From assembly GCA_947172645.1 (NCBI GenBank), contig CAMWBY010000015.1:22720-86719 (forward strand): a stretch of 64,000 bases of DNA, given 5' to 3'. Below the pieces are notes generated by a model, which was not told the DNA's origin, made no database searches, and was given only the letters and a program-made list of their open reading frames with translations. The position numbers and the translations under genes are program-made. Source of the DNA: an uncultured Lachnospiraceae bacterium (lineage in GTDB: Bacteria > Bacillota > Clostridia > Lachnospirales > Lachnospiraceae). Positions 10,879-21,970 of this stretch are shown piece by piece (positions within the stretch are counted from its first letter, which is position 1; each line of letters begins with the position of its first letter).

Positions 10879-11221
10879 AGAAATAAACTTTAATCATATG
10901 ATGGAGCTTTGATAGATGTAATAACGCGCTTTCAATCTCATAATATCCAACGAAAGCCGCACTCTTTCTTGCAACGACTACTATATCTAAACCACTATTA
11001 AATATATTTTCATGCAGTCGGTAACTCTCTCTCACCAGTCTGGTAAATCTGTGTCTCACTACACTGTTGCCTACCTTCTTACTGGCGGATATCCCCAGCC
11101 TGTTCCGGTCTGTGTTGTTTTCCAATACATACATTACCAAATATTTGTTAGCGTAACTCTTTCCGTTCCGGTAAACATTCTGGAAATCACAATTCTTCTT
11201 TAAGGATTCTGAAAATACCAT
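10859..11221 (-). CDS. rnpA: Ribonuclease P protein component
   Basis: '[27 protein letters not shown]' RNR motif. The ATG at 11221 is 6 nt after GAGG; the ORF-track extension to 11272 is hydrophobic junk. Confidence 0.92.
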   Translation of the reverse strand: MVFSESLKKNCDFQNVYRNGKSYANKYLVMYVLENNTDRNRLGISASKKVGNSVVRHRFTRLVRESYRLHENIFNSGLDIVVVARKSAAFVGYYEIESALLHLSKLHHMIKVYFYDEENL

Positions 11222-11281
11222 TTTTTTCCTCTTTACCCAGCCAATTACAACAACGAGAAAAAAAGGCCACATTACTGCGGC

Positions 11282-11416
11282 CTATGCTGATAATCTCTTT
11301 CTTCCTTTTGCACGTCTTGCTGCGATAACTTTTCTTCCGCCCGAAGTACTCATTCTCTTCCTAAAGCCGTGAACCTTGGACCTCTGCCTTTTCTTAGGCT
11401 GAAACGTCATTTTCAT
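11282..11416 (-). CDS. rpmH: 50S ribosomal protein L34 (44 aa, too short for the ORF track)
   Basis: My own translation of the minus strand reads [44 protein letters not shown], followed by a stop. GGAGG lies upstream, and the position next to rnpA is the classic one. Confidence 0.95.
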   Translation of the reverse strand: MKMTFQPKKRQRSKVHGFRKRMSTSGGRKVIAARRAKGRKRLSA

Positions 11417-12068
11417 AGTGATGCACCTCCTTTGCATAAACCTTAACATTTATATAAGGTAGACATTTTTAAACATTCATTGGAAAAACAACATGTTGAT
11501 TATATAAAATTAATGCACAAACGTCAAGTAAATCCGGCATTTTTTATTATTAAAAAATATTAAAAATCGCGTATATTTAATATTCATATTAAAAAAACAT
11601 ATTTTTCTAATATGAATCTCTATTCTTGCCGTGAGCTTTAAGAAGTACTTCTTACGTTATCCACTTTACATAATTATATCCACAATATGTGTATAACTTG
11701 TGCATAACTTATGGATTTCATGTTTATTATAATTTCTTTTATTCATAAACCTAACACCTGCCTCACAATTATTCTCTAAAATTACGCCGTAATTACAGTT
11801 TCCAATATCTTACATAAAGCACGGTAACATAGTGGATTATGTTCATTAATATTTTTAAAGTTATACACATACCAAAGAAAAACTTCACTGAATATGTAAA
11901 CCTGTTGATAATTATTTTTATAACCTTATTTCGTATGGATTTCTAATATCATTTGAATTTTTTTGATATTTGTATTATTATATATTGTAGGGTAATTTCG
12001 ATGTTATCCATCCAATCGAAACAGTAAGGTATGATGACGGACAGAACGGAGAATGAGGTTAATATTAT
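11417..12068. promoter_or_regulatory. oriC part 1: AT-rich rpmH-dnaA intergenic region with a DnaA-box cluster
   Basis: Matches to TTATCCACA with 2 or fewer mismatches, some on the reverse strand (rc): 11658..11666 TTATCCACT; 11677..11685 ATATCCACA; 11689..11697 (rc TTATACACA); 11700..11708 (rc TTATGCACA); 11861..11869 TTATACACA; 11903..11911 (rc TTATCAACA); 12004..12012 TTATCCATC. Gene orientation switches here. Confidence 0.85.
11953..11981 (+). promoter_or_regulatory. Candidate dnaA promoter
   Basis: TTGAAT (11953..11958), 17 nt spacer, TATTAT (11976..11981). A DnaA box at 12004 lies between this promoter and the ATG, which is consistent with autoregulation. Confidence 0.35.
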
Positions 12069-13427
12069 ATGGATTCTATTAAAGAAAACTGGAATTTAAT
12101 TAAGGAAACATTAAGGCGCGAATATGAACTCTCTGATATTTCCTACACGACATGGATTGCTCCGCTCGATTTCTATGAAGTGAAGGATAATGTCGTAACC
12201 ATTATGATTCCTTCTGACCAGTCGCATGCCTTAAGCTATATTTCATCAAAATATAGAAGTTTTTTTCAGGTTACGATATCCGAAATGATGGACCACACTT
12301 ATGATATCGCATTTATATTGGAAAAAGACGCCCTGAATCAGGCTTCTGAAAATATAACCGCCAATAACCCGATTTATAACATTAAATCAGAGAACGCAAA
12401 TTTAAATCCGAAATATAAATTTGATACTTTTGTGGTAGGAAGCAACAATAAATTTGCCCACTCCGCCGCCCTTGCCGTCGCCGAATCGCCGGGAGATGTG
12501 TACAACCCCCTCTATATCTATGGAGGCGCAGGACTCGGCAAGACACACTTAATCCATTCCATAGGACATTTTATATTAGAGCAGAATCCCGACATGAAAA
12601 TGCTTTATGTCACATCGGAAGTATTTACCAATGAAGTAATCGACTGTATCAGAAGCGGCGATGCATCGAAAATGACGAAATTCAGGGAGAAATACAGGAC
12701 CGTAGACGTGCTTCTTATCGATGACATACAGTTCATTATAGGAAAAGAAAGTACACAGGAAGAATTTTTCCACACATTCAATACACTTCATTCTTCCGGT
12801 AAACAAATTGTCTTAACCTCCGACAAACCGCCGAAAGATATGGAAACTCTGGAAGAAAGGTTCCGTTCCAGATTCGAATGGGGATTAATTGCGGATATCC
12901 AGCCGCCAGACTATGAGACAAGAATGGCAATCCTTAAGAAGAATGCTGAAATATACAGGAAAGAAATCGACGATGAAGTGTTCCAGTACATTGCCAACAA
13001 CATTAAATCAAATATAAGGGAACTGGAAGGGGCTTTTAATAAAATACTCGCTTTCTCTAAATTAAATAAAGTAGATATTAATCTTGCCTATGCAGAGGAA
13101 GCATTGAAGGATGTAATCTATCCGAACAAACCGAAAGAAATCACCCCTTCTTTAATTATTGACGTGGTCGCCGAACATTTCGGCGTAAACCCTGACGACA
13201 TTACATCCAGAAAACGAAATTCGGAATTTGTCCTTCCAAGGCAAGTCGTTATGTACCTGTGCAGAGACCTCACCGAAACTTCATATATCAGTATTGGCAA
13301 ACTTCTTGGCAAAAAAGACCATACCACCATTATCCATGGCGTAAAGAAGATTACGGAAGAATTGGCTATAAACGAAGAACTCAGGAATAAAGTAGAAATC
13401 ATTAAGAAGAAGATTAATCCATCTTGA
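12069..13427 (+). CDS. dnaA: Chromosomal replication initiator protein DnaA
   Basis: Walker A 'GGAGLGKTHL', Walker B 'LLIDDIQF', domain IV 'KKDHTTIIHGVKKI'. Confidence 0.98.
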   Translation: MDSIKENWNLIKETLRREYELSDISYTTWIAPLDFYEVKDNVVTIMIPSDQSHALSYISSKYRSFFQVTISEMMDHTYDIAFILEKDALNQASENITANNPIYNIKSENANLNPKYKFDTFVVGSNNKFAHSAALAVAESPGDVYNPLYIYGGAGLGKTHLIHSIGHFILEQNPDMKMLYVTSEVFTNEVIDCIRSGDASKMTKFREKYRTVDVLLIDDIQFIIGKESTQEEFFHTFNTLHSSGKQIVLTSDKPPKDMETLEERFRSRFEWGLIADIQPPDYETRMAILKKNAEIYRKEIDDEVFQYIANNIKSNIRELEGAFNKILAFSKLNKVDINLAYAEEALKDVIYPNKPKEITPSLIIDVVAEHFGVNPDDITSRKRNSEFVLPRQVVMYLCRDLTETSYISIGKLLGKKDHTTIIHGVKKITEELAINEELRNKVEIIKKKINPS

Positions 13428-13761
13428 TATGCCGTCCGGCAAGCACAGCACACGAATATCAACATCCTTGTCCACAAATTATGTTGATATCATGTAGAAC
13501 GCATGTTAATACATGAAAAGGATTTATCGACCGACAGAAGTGATGAATACATAGTATGTTGATAACTTACAAGTTATTTTCAGGTTATCCAAAGTTTTTA
13601 ACATCCTAATCGTTTTCTTTTTTATTGAAAAATAGTATAATAAATAGGGTTATACACTTATCAACACCTATTATTACTAAGATTACGAAATAATTTATTA
13701 ATATATAACTTTAAGGCAGCTTCAAAAATTGTTTATATGTGAGAAAGGAAGTTATACACGA
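13428..13761. promoter_or_regulatory. oriC part 2: dnaA-dnaN intergenic DnaA boxes, a trio-like array and an AT-rich unwinding region
   Basis: Boxes: 13468..13476 TTGTCCACA; 13557..13565 (rc TTATCAACA); 13585..13593 TTATCCAAA; 13650..13658 TTATACACT; 13658..13666 TTATCAACA. These are followed by CC, then TAT TAT TAC TAA GAT TAC (13669..13686), then AATAATTTATTAATATATAAC. Confidence 0.8.
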
Positions 13762-14871
13762 ATGAAAATTGTATGCACGAAATCTAACCTGTTAAGTGGC
13801 GTCCAGACTGTATCAAAAGCTGTTCCCAGCAAGACGACGATGTCTATCCTGGAATGTATCCTGATTGATACAAGAAACGGTGAGATTAAACTGACTGCAA
13901 ACGATATGGAACTTGGTATCGAAACTATCATTGACGGTGAGATAATTGAAAAGGGAATGATTGCGCTCGATGCAAAGATTTTCTTAGAGATTGTAAGGAA
14001 ACTTCCTGATAACGACGTCACGATTGAGACGAACGAATCCTTCAAGACAGCAATTACATGTGAAAAGGCGAAATTTAATATTATAGGTAAATCCGGCGAT
14101 GACTTCTCATTTCTCCCGGAGATTGAGAAGAACGACAGCGTGACTGTCTCGCAGTTTACCTTGAAGGAAATTATAAGACAGACAATATTTTCCATAGCAG
14201 ACAATGACAATAATAAAATTATGACGGGAGAACTTTTCGAGATTAACCATGATACACTGAAAGTCGTGTCACTGGACGGACACAGGATTTCTATCAGAAA
14301 AGTACTGATGAAGAATTCCTATGAAAGTAAAAAAGTGGTTGTTCCCGGAAAAACATTGAATGAAATCAGCAAAATTCTTTCAGGGGACACGGATAAGGAC
14401 GTCAATATTTATTTTACGGACAAGCATGTGTTGTTTGAGTTTTCCAGGACGATTGTGGTATCCAGGCTTATCGAAGGGGAATATTTCAGAATTGACCAGA
14501 TGTTATCCACAGATTACGAGACGAAAGTGAAGATTAACAAGAAAGAATTGTTAGATTGTATCGACAGGGCCACCCTTCTTGTGAAAGAAGGAGATAAGAA
14601 ACCTGTTATTATCAGTATTGCGGACGGCTCCATGCAGCTTAGGATGAATACGACAGTGGGAAGCATGGATGAGGAAATAGATATTTCCAAAGAAGGCAAA
14701 GATTTGATGATAGGGTTTAATCCAAAATTTCTCATTGACTCTCTGCGCGTTATAGAGGATGAGGTTATCGACTTATATATGGTAAATCCGAAAGCGCCTT
14801 GTTTTATCAGAAATGCGGAGGAAACTTATATTTATGTCATACTTCCGGTTAATTTTACAACCGTGAATTGA
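13762..14871 (+). CDS. dnaN: DNA polymerase III beta sliding clamp
   Basis: 'MKIVCTKSNLLSGVQTVSKAV' N-terminus typical of DnaN, about 369 aa. The ORF-track start at 13729 is a short upstream extension. Confidence 0.95.
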   Translation: MKIVCTKSNLLSGVQTVSKAVPSKTTMSILECILIDTRNGEIKLTANDMELGIETIIDGEIIEKGMIALDAKIFLEIVRKLPDNDVTIETNESFKTAITCEKAKFNIIGKSGDDFSFLPEIEKNDSVTVSQFTLKEIIRQTIFSIADNDNNKIMTGELFEINHDTLKVVSLDGHRISIRKVLMKNSYESKKVVVPGKTLNEISKILSGDTDKDVNIYFTDKHVLFEFSRTIVVSRLIEGEYFRIDQMLSTDYETKVKINKKELLDCIDRATLLVKEGDKKPVIISIADGSMQLRMNTTVGSMDEEIDISKEGKDLMIGFNPKFLIDSLRVIEDEVIDLYMVNPKAPCFIRNAEETYIYVILPVNFTTVN

Positions 14872-14884
14872 TTCCTAAGTACTT

Positions 14885-15014
14885 TGTTCCTGCGGGTAAC
14901 GAGCCAAGTGGCTGCTTGCGGTTGGGTTTTTGATGCACAGCCCCGTGTAGATGAGATATGCCGCTAATGTGGCGCACGGGGGGCGCGGCGGGTAGGGGAA
15001 GAAATCTTCCCTAC
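14885..15014 (+). other. GC-rich structured spacer between dnaN and yaaA, function unknown
   Basis: Stem CCCCGTG (14941..14947) / CACGGGG (14975..14981). A second stem GTAGGG(G)AAG (14992..15001) / CTTCCCTAC (15006..15014) has an AAAT loop. A T-run GGGTTTTTG lies at 14924..14932. Noticeably more GC-rich than the flanking intergenic DNA. Confidence 0.3.
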
Positions 15015-15053
15015 TCGATTATAAAAAAGTTAAGGGGAATAAAAGACAAAAAA

Positions 15054-15263
15054 ATGGAAACAATAAAAATCAGGGACGATTTTATCAAGCTCGGCCAGGC
15101 AATGAAATTAGCGGGCCTGGTAGATTCCGGTGTAGACGCCAAGATTGAGATACAGGAAGGCTTCGTCAAGGTGAACGGCGAGGTGGAGTTTCAGCGCGGG
15201 AAGAAAATACATCCGGGCGATGTGATAGAATTTGACGGACAACAGGTTAGGGTAGAGAACTGA
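15054..15263 (+). CDS. yaaA: S4-domain RNA-binding protein (YaaA-like)
   Basis: 69-aa 'METIKIRDDFIKLGQAMKLAGL...VKVNGEVE..RGKKIHPGDVIEF'. Conserved dnaN-yaaA-recF position. The ORF-track start at 14958 reads through the GC-rich spacer. Confidence 0.85.
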   Translation: METIKIRDDFIKLGQAMKLAGLVDSGVDAKIEIQEGFVKVNGEVEFQRGKKIHPGDVIEFDGQQVRVEN

Positions 15264-16357
15264 TGATTATAAAATCATTGGAGTTAGCGGATTTTAGGAA
15301 TTACGATTCCTTACATATTGAGTTTGACAGTGGGACGAACATTCTCTATGGCGATAATGCCCAGGGAAAAACAAATATTCTTGAGGCGATATATGTCTCT
15401 GCCATTACCAAGTCCCACAAAGGCAGCAAGGATAAGGACATCATCAATTTTAGTAAGGAGGAAGCCCATATCAGGACTTATCTTGAGAAAGACGGCATGG
15501 AGACGAGAGTGGATATGCATCTTCGGAAGAATAAGTCTAAGGGAATTGCAATCGATGGGCAGAAAATAAAAAAAGCTGCAGAGTTAATCGGCTTATTGAA
15601 CGTAGTTTTCTTTTCTCCTGAAGATTTGAGTATTATTAAGAATGGTCCTGCGGAGAGAAGAAGATTCGTTGATATGGAATTGTGTCAATTAGATAAATTC
15701 TATCTCTATAATCTTAATCATTATAATAAGATCGTAAACCAACGCAATAAACTTCTCAAGGACATGTATTTTAACCCTTCTCTCAGGGACACATTGAATA
15801 TATGGGATTCTCAGCTTATTTCTTTTGGAAGTAAGATTATAGAGAGAAGGAAAATATTTGTAGAGCAATTAAATGAAATTATATTTGAGATACATAGGAA
15901 ACTATCAGGCGGAAGGGAAGACTTGGTGATTCAGTATGAACCCGATGTCGGGATAGAGGACTACGAGAAGATTCTTTTGGTAAATCAAGAAAAGGATGTC
16001 AAGTTAAAACAGACGACAGTTGGGCCCCATAGGGATGATTTTTGTTTTACGGTAGGAAATATTGATATCCGTAAATTCGGTTCTCAGGGGCAGCAGAGAA
16101 CGGCGGCTCTTTCATTGAAATTGTCGGAGATTGAGTTAGTAAAAAAGATTACGAAGGAAAATCCGGTACTTCTTCTGGATGATGTATTGTCCGAACTTGA
16201 CAGTAACAGGCAGAATTATCTTCTGAGTACAATCGGCGACATACAGACAATCATAACCTGTACAGGTTTGGATGAATTTGTGAATAACCGGTTTGAGATT
16301 AATAAAGTGTTCCACATAGAGAACGGCAGGATTGCAGATAACAATTTAGGCGCGTAG
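15263..16357 (+). CDS. recF: DNA replication and repair protein RecF
   Basis: Walker A 'GDNAQGKTNILEA', signature 'GSQGQQRT', Walker B 'LLLDDVLSELD'. The start overlaps the yaaA stop (TGATG). Confidence 0.96.
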   Translation: MIIKSLELADFRNYDSLHIEFDSGTNILYGDNAQGKTNILEAIYVSAITKSHKGSKDKDIINFSKEEAHIRTYLEKDGMETRVDMHLRKNKSKGIAIDGQKIKKAAELIGLLNVVFFSPEDLSIIKNGPAERRRFVDMELCQLDKFYLYNLNHYNKIVNQRNKLLKDMYFNPSLRDTLNIWDSQLISFGSKIIERRKIFVEQLNEIIFEIHRKLSGGREDLVIQYEPDVGIEDYEKILLVNQEKDVKLKQTTVGPHRDDFCFTVGNIDIRKFGSQGQQRTAALSLKLSEIELVKKITKENPVLLLDDVLSELDSNRQNYLLSTIGDIQTIITCTGLDEFVNNRFEINKVFHIENGRIADNNLGA

Positions 16358-16406
16358 CGTGCAGTTTCGTGGACGGAATATGTTGCATGAAAGAAGGGCA
16401 TGGTGA

Positions 16407-18323
<1,917 letters not shown>

Positions 18324-18391
18324 GAGTATCCATAGTCATTAAACTGATTTTATTGGAAAAATATGTCAGTTAGGATATATAGGAGCGGATA

Positions 18392-20962
18392 ATGGACGAT
18401 AAGATTTTTGATAAGATTGAAGATGTTGATCTTAAGAAAAAAATGGAAGATGCTTATATCGATTATGCCATGAGCGTTATCGCTGCCCGTGCGCTTCCTG
18501 ATGTAAGGGATGGACTTAAACCTGTACAGCGCAGGGTTTTATATTCCATGATTGAGCTGAACAATGGCCCGGATAAACCGCACAGGAAAAGCGCCCGTAT
18601 CGTAGGTGATACCATGGGTAAATATCACCCTCATGGAGACAGTTCCATTTATGGCGCCCTGGTAAATATGGCGCAGGAATGGTCTACGCGTTATCCGCTT
18701 GTGGATGGCCATGGAAATTTCGGTTCTGTGGACGGGGACGGCGCCGCTGCAATGCGTTATACGGAAGCCAGGCTGAGCAAGATTTCCATGGAACTTCTTG
18801 CAGATATCAACAAAGATACGGTAGATTTCGTCCCTAACTTTGATGATACGGAAAAAGAGCCTACGGTACTTCCAAGCCGTTATCCTAATCTGCTTGTGAA
18901 CGGTACTTCCGGTATCGCTGTGGGCATGGCTACCAATATCCCCCCTCATAATTTGCGGGAAGTCATCCGCGCTGTGGTTAAGATTATAGATAACAGGGTT
19001 GAAGAGGACAGGAATACGGATATTGATGAAATATTAAGTATTGTCAAAGCGCCTGATTTTCCTACCGGCGGTATTATTCTGGGCACAAGAGGGGCGGAAG
19101 AGGCGTATCGTACCGGACGGGGCAAGGTGAGAGTGCGCGCCGTGACGGATATTGAGACGATGGCAAACGGAAAGAGCCGTATTATCGTGACGGAACTTCC
19201 TTATATGGTTAATAAGGCAAATCTTATCCTTAAGATTGCCGACCTTGTGAAGCTGAAGAAGATTGACGGCATTACGGATTTGCGTGACGAGACAAACCGT
19301 GAGGGTATGAGAATTGTGATTGAGCTCCGCAAAGACGCCAACGCCAATGTCATTTTGAACCAATTATATAAACATACGCAATTACAGGATTCTTTCGGTG
19401 TGATTATGCTCGCCTTGGTGAACAATGAGCCGAAAGTCATGAATCTTTTGGACATGCTGACCCATTATCTGAAGCATCAGGAAGAAGTGGTCACAAGAAG
19501 GACGAAATATGACCTCAATAAGGCGGAAGAGAGAGACCATATTTTACAAGGGCTTCTGATTGCGCTTGACCATATCGATGAGGTTATACAGATTATCAGA
19601 AGCAGCCAGACGACACCGATTGCGAAAGAAAGGCTGATTGAACGTTTCCAGTTTTCTGATGTGCAGGCGCAGGCAATCGTGGATATGCGTCTGCGTGCCC
19701 TGACAGGACTGGAAAGAGAGAATCTTGAGAATGAGCATAAGGAACTGATGGCGAAGATTGCCGAATTAAAGGCAATTCTTGCAGACGAAAAACTCCTTCT
19801 TGGCGTGATTAAGAATGAGATTCTTGTTATCTCGGAAAAGTACGGAGATGACAGGAGAAGCCAGATTGGTTTTGATGTGTACGATATCAATATGGAGGAT
19901 TTAATTCCCAGGGAAAATACCGTGATTGCCATGACAAGTTTGGGTTATGTAAAACGTATGACCGTGGATAATTTCAAGGCGCAGAACCGTGGCGGTAAAG
20001 GTATTAAGGGTATGCAGACAATTGAGGAGGATTATATTGAGGACCTTCTTATGACGACAACCCATCATTACCTCATGTTCTTTACCAACTTAGGGCGCGT
20101 ATACCGGCTGAAAGCTTATGAGATACCGGAATCGGGAAGAACTACCAGGGGAATTGCGATAGTGAATATATTGCAGCTGAATCCGGGTGAGAAGATATCG
20201 GCCATGATTCCGATTAAGGAATATGAAGAGAACAGCAATTTATTTATGGTCACCAAGAATGGCATCGTCAAGAAGACTTCCGTTATGGAGTTCAGTAATG
20301 TCAGAAAAAATGGGCTTGCGGCGATTAATCTCCGTGAAGACGACGAGTTGATTGAAGTTAAGATTACGTCTCATGAGACAGAAATATTCCTTGTCACGAA
20401 ACTTGGCATGTGTATCCGGTTCAAAGAGACGGATGTGCGCCACACAGGAAGGTCTTCCATGGGCGTTATTGGAATGAACTTATCTGACGGTGATGAGATA
20501 GTCGGTATGCAGTTAGACCATCAAGGAGATTCTCTCCTGATTGTGTCTGAGAACGGTATGGGGAAAAGGACTTATCTTGATGAATTTACCGTACAGAAGC
20601 GCGGCGGCAAAGGAATTAAATGTTATAAAATTACTGAGAAGACAGGCGATGTGGTTGGCGTCAAGGCAGTTAACGACGACCATGAGATTATGATGATAAC
20701 GACGGAAGGTATTATCATACAGCTTCGGATGGAAGATATCTCTACTCTTGGAAGGATTACTTCCGGCGTTAAGATGATTAATTTGGACGATAATGTAAGA
20801 GTTGCCAAGATTGCAAAAGTAAGGGAAAAAATAAGCGATGGCAACCAGGAGTTTGAAAATATTGAAGACGCCATGGAAGATATCCCGGAAGATGAAAAAT
20901 ATAATATTCCACAGGATATAGACGAGGAAGTAACGCTTCCGAAAGAGGATGCGGATTTATGA
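18392..20962 (+). CDS. gyrA: DNA gyrase subunit A
   Basis: QRDR '[15 protein letters not shown]', active-site '[10 protein letters not shown]', C-terminal beta-pinwheel repeats and an acidic tail. Confidence 0.98.
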   Translation: MDDKIFDKIEDVDLKKKMEDAYIDYAMSVIAARALPDVRDGLKPVQRRVLYSMIELNNGPDKPHRKSARIVGDTMGKYHPHGDSSIYGALVNMAQEWSTRYPLVDGHGNFGSVDGDGAAAMRYTEARLSKISMELLADINKDTVDFVPNFDDTEKEPTVLPSRYPNLLVNGTSGIAVGMATNIPPHNLREVIRAVVKIIDNRVEEDRNTDIDEILSIVKAPDFPTGGIILGTRGAEEAYRTGRGKVRVRAVTDIETMANGKSRIIVTELPYMVNKANLILKIADLVKLKKIDGITDLRDETNREGMRIVIELRKDANANVILNQLYKHTQLQDSFGVIMLALVNNEPKVMNLLDMLTHYLKHQEEVVTRRTKYDLNKAEERDHILQGLLIALDHIDEVIQIIRSSQTTPIAKERLIERFQFSDVQAQAIVDMRLRALTGLERENLENEHKELMAKIAELKAILADEKLLLGVIKNEILVISEKYGDDRRSQIGFDVYDINMEDLIPRENTVIAMTSLGYVKRMTVDNFKAQNRGGKGIKGMQTIEEDYIEDLLMTTTHHYLMFFTNLGRVYRLKAYEIPESGRTTRGIAIVNILQLNPGEKISAMIPIKEYEENSNLFMVTKNGIVKKTSVMEFSNVRKNGLAAINLREDDELIEVKITSHETEIFLVTKLGMCIRFKETDVRHTGRSSMGVIGMNLSDGDEIVGMQLDHQGDSLLIVSENGMGKRTYLDEFTVQKRGGKGIKCYKITEKTGDVVGVKAVNDDHEIMMITTEGIIIQLRMEDISTLGRITSGVKMINLDDNVRVAKIAKVREKISDGNQEFENIEDAMEDIPEDEKYNIPQDIDEEVTLPKEDADL

Positions 20963-21816
20963 TAAAACTTGCGGTTCTTTCAGATATCCATGCAAACCAT
21001 GTAGCATTGGAACGATGTATCAGACATGCTCTTGACCAGAACGTAGAAGAGTTCCTTTTCCTTGGGGATTATGTGAGCGATTGTCCTTATCCGCAAAAGA
21101 CGATGGAAATTATCTATCAGATGAAGAAGAAACACCATTGTTATTTTATCAGGGGCAACAGAGAAGATTATATGCTAAATCACAGGAAAAATCCTTGGGA
21201 AAGATGGACCTATTCTTCTGCAAGCGGCAATTTATTGTATACTTATGAAAATTTGACAAATAAGGATTTGGATTTCTATGAAGGTATTGATATCCAGGGA
21301 ATATACAGGAAAGAAGGTTATCCAGTTTTCCGGTATTGCCATGGTTCCATAGAAGCCTCCAATGAATTATTGATAACGGAGAACGAAAGATTACAAGAGG
21401 TTATGTCGAACCTGGATGTGGATTTATTAATCAGCGGTCATACCCATATCCAGGAAAAGGCTGTATATGGAGGCAAAAAACTTATCCATCCCGGTTCTAT
21501 AGGACTTCCATGGTATTATAACGGTAAAACACAGTATATGATACTGCATGGTACGGAAAATGGTTGGGAAGAGCAATTTTTCCAGTTGGATTATGATGTG
21601 GATGCTGTGAAGGAGGAGTTTGAGACTTCCGGTATTATGGAGAAAGCGTTTCATTGGGCAAAAATGGCTCTTCATACATTATATACAGGGGATGATTATT
21701 CTACGCCCTGCCTAAAATTGGCTATGGAAATGTGCAGGGAAGCGGAAGGTGCAGTGACATGGCCCGATATTCCGGAGAAATATTGGGAGGCGGCGTACCG
21801 GAAATTCGTGGGATAA
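20959..21816 (+). CDS. Metallophosphoesterase (calcineurin-like, YfcE/MPP superfamily)
   Basis: 'LSDIHAN', 'LGDYVSD', 'RGNRED', 'SGHTHIQ'. The start overlaps the gyrA stop (ATGA). Confidence 0.85.
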   Translation: MIKLAVLSDIHANHVALERCIRHALDQNVEEFLFLGDYVSDCPYPQKTMEIIYQMKKKHHCYFIRGNREDYMLNHRKNPWERWTYSSASGNLLYTYENLTNKDLDFYEGIDIQGIYRKEGYPVFRYCHGSIEASNELLITENERLQEVMSNLDVDLLISGHTHIQEKAVYGGKKLIHPGSIGLPWYYNGKTQYMILHGTENGWEEQFFQLDYDVDAVKEEFETSGIMEKAFHWAKMALHTLYTGDDYSTPCLKLAMEMCREAEGAVTWPDIPEKYWEAAYRKFVG

Positions 21817-21860
21817 TTGATAGGCATTTGTGAAACTTTTCTTAGGATTGCATTAATTGT

Positions 21861-21928
21861 ACAAATAGTATAATCATAAGCAGACCCTTGCAGAGCGTCA
21901 GCGTGTCTGTGTTGATTATACTATTTGT
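21861..21928. repeat. Perfect 16-bp inverted repeat with a structured 36-nt GC-rich spacer
   Basis: ACAAATAGTATAATCA (21861..21876) pairs with TGATTATACTATTTGT (21913..21928). An inner CAGAC/GTCTG pairing sits in the spacer. No flanking T-run on either strand. Confidence 0.7.
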
Positions 21929-21970
21929 GCAAATTTGATAACAAAGAAAGAGTTTCGCAATTTTTTATTT

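Noticed and set aside
14958-15053. In-frame N-terminal extension of yaaA (MPLMWRTGGAAGRGRN...)
   Set aside because: It reads through the GC-rich hairpin region and is Gly/Arg-rich. The conserved S4-like protein begins at METIKIR (15054).
21861-21876. TATAAT hexamers in both arms of the 21.9-kb inverted repeat, considered as face-to-face promoters
   Set aside because: No acceptable -35 element at 16-18 nt spacing on either strand, and the transcripts would collide within 36 nt. The repeat is kept as a structural observation only.
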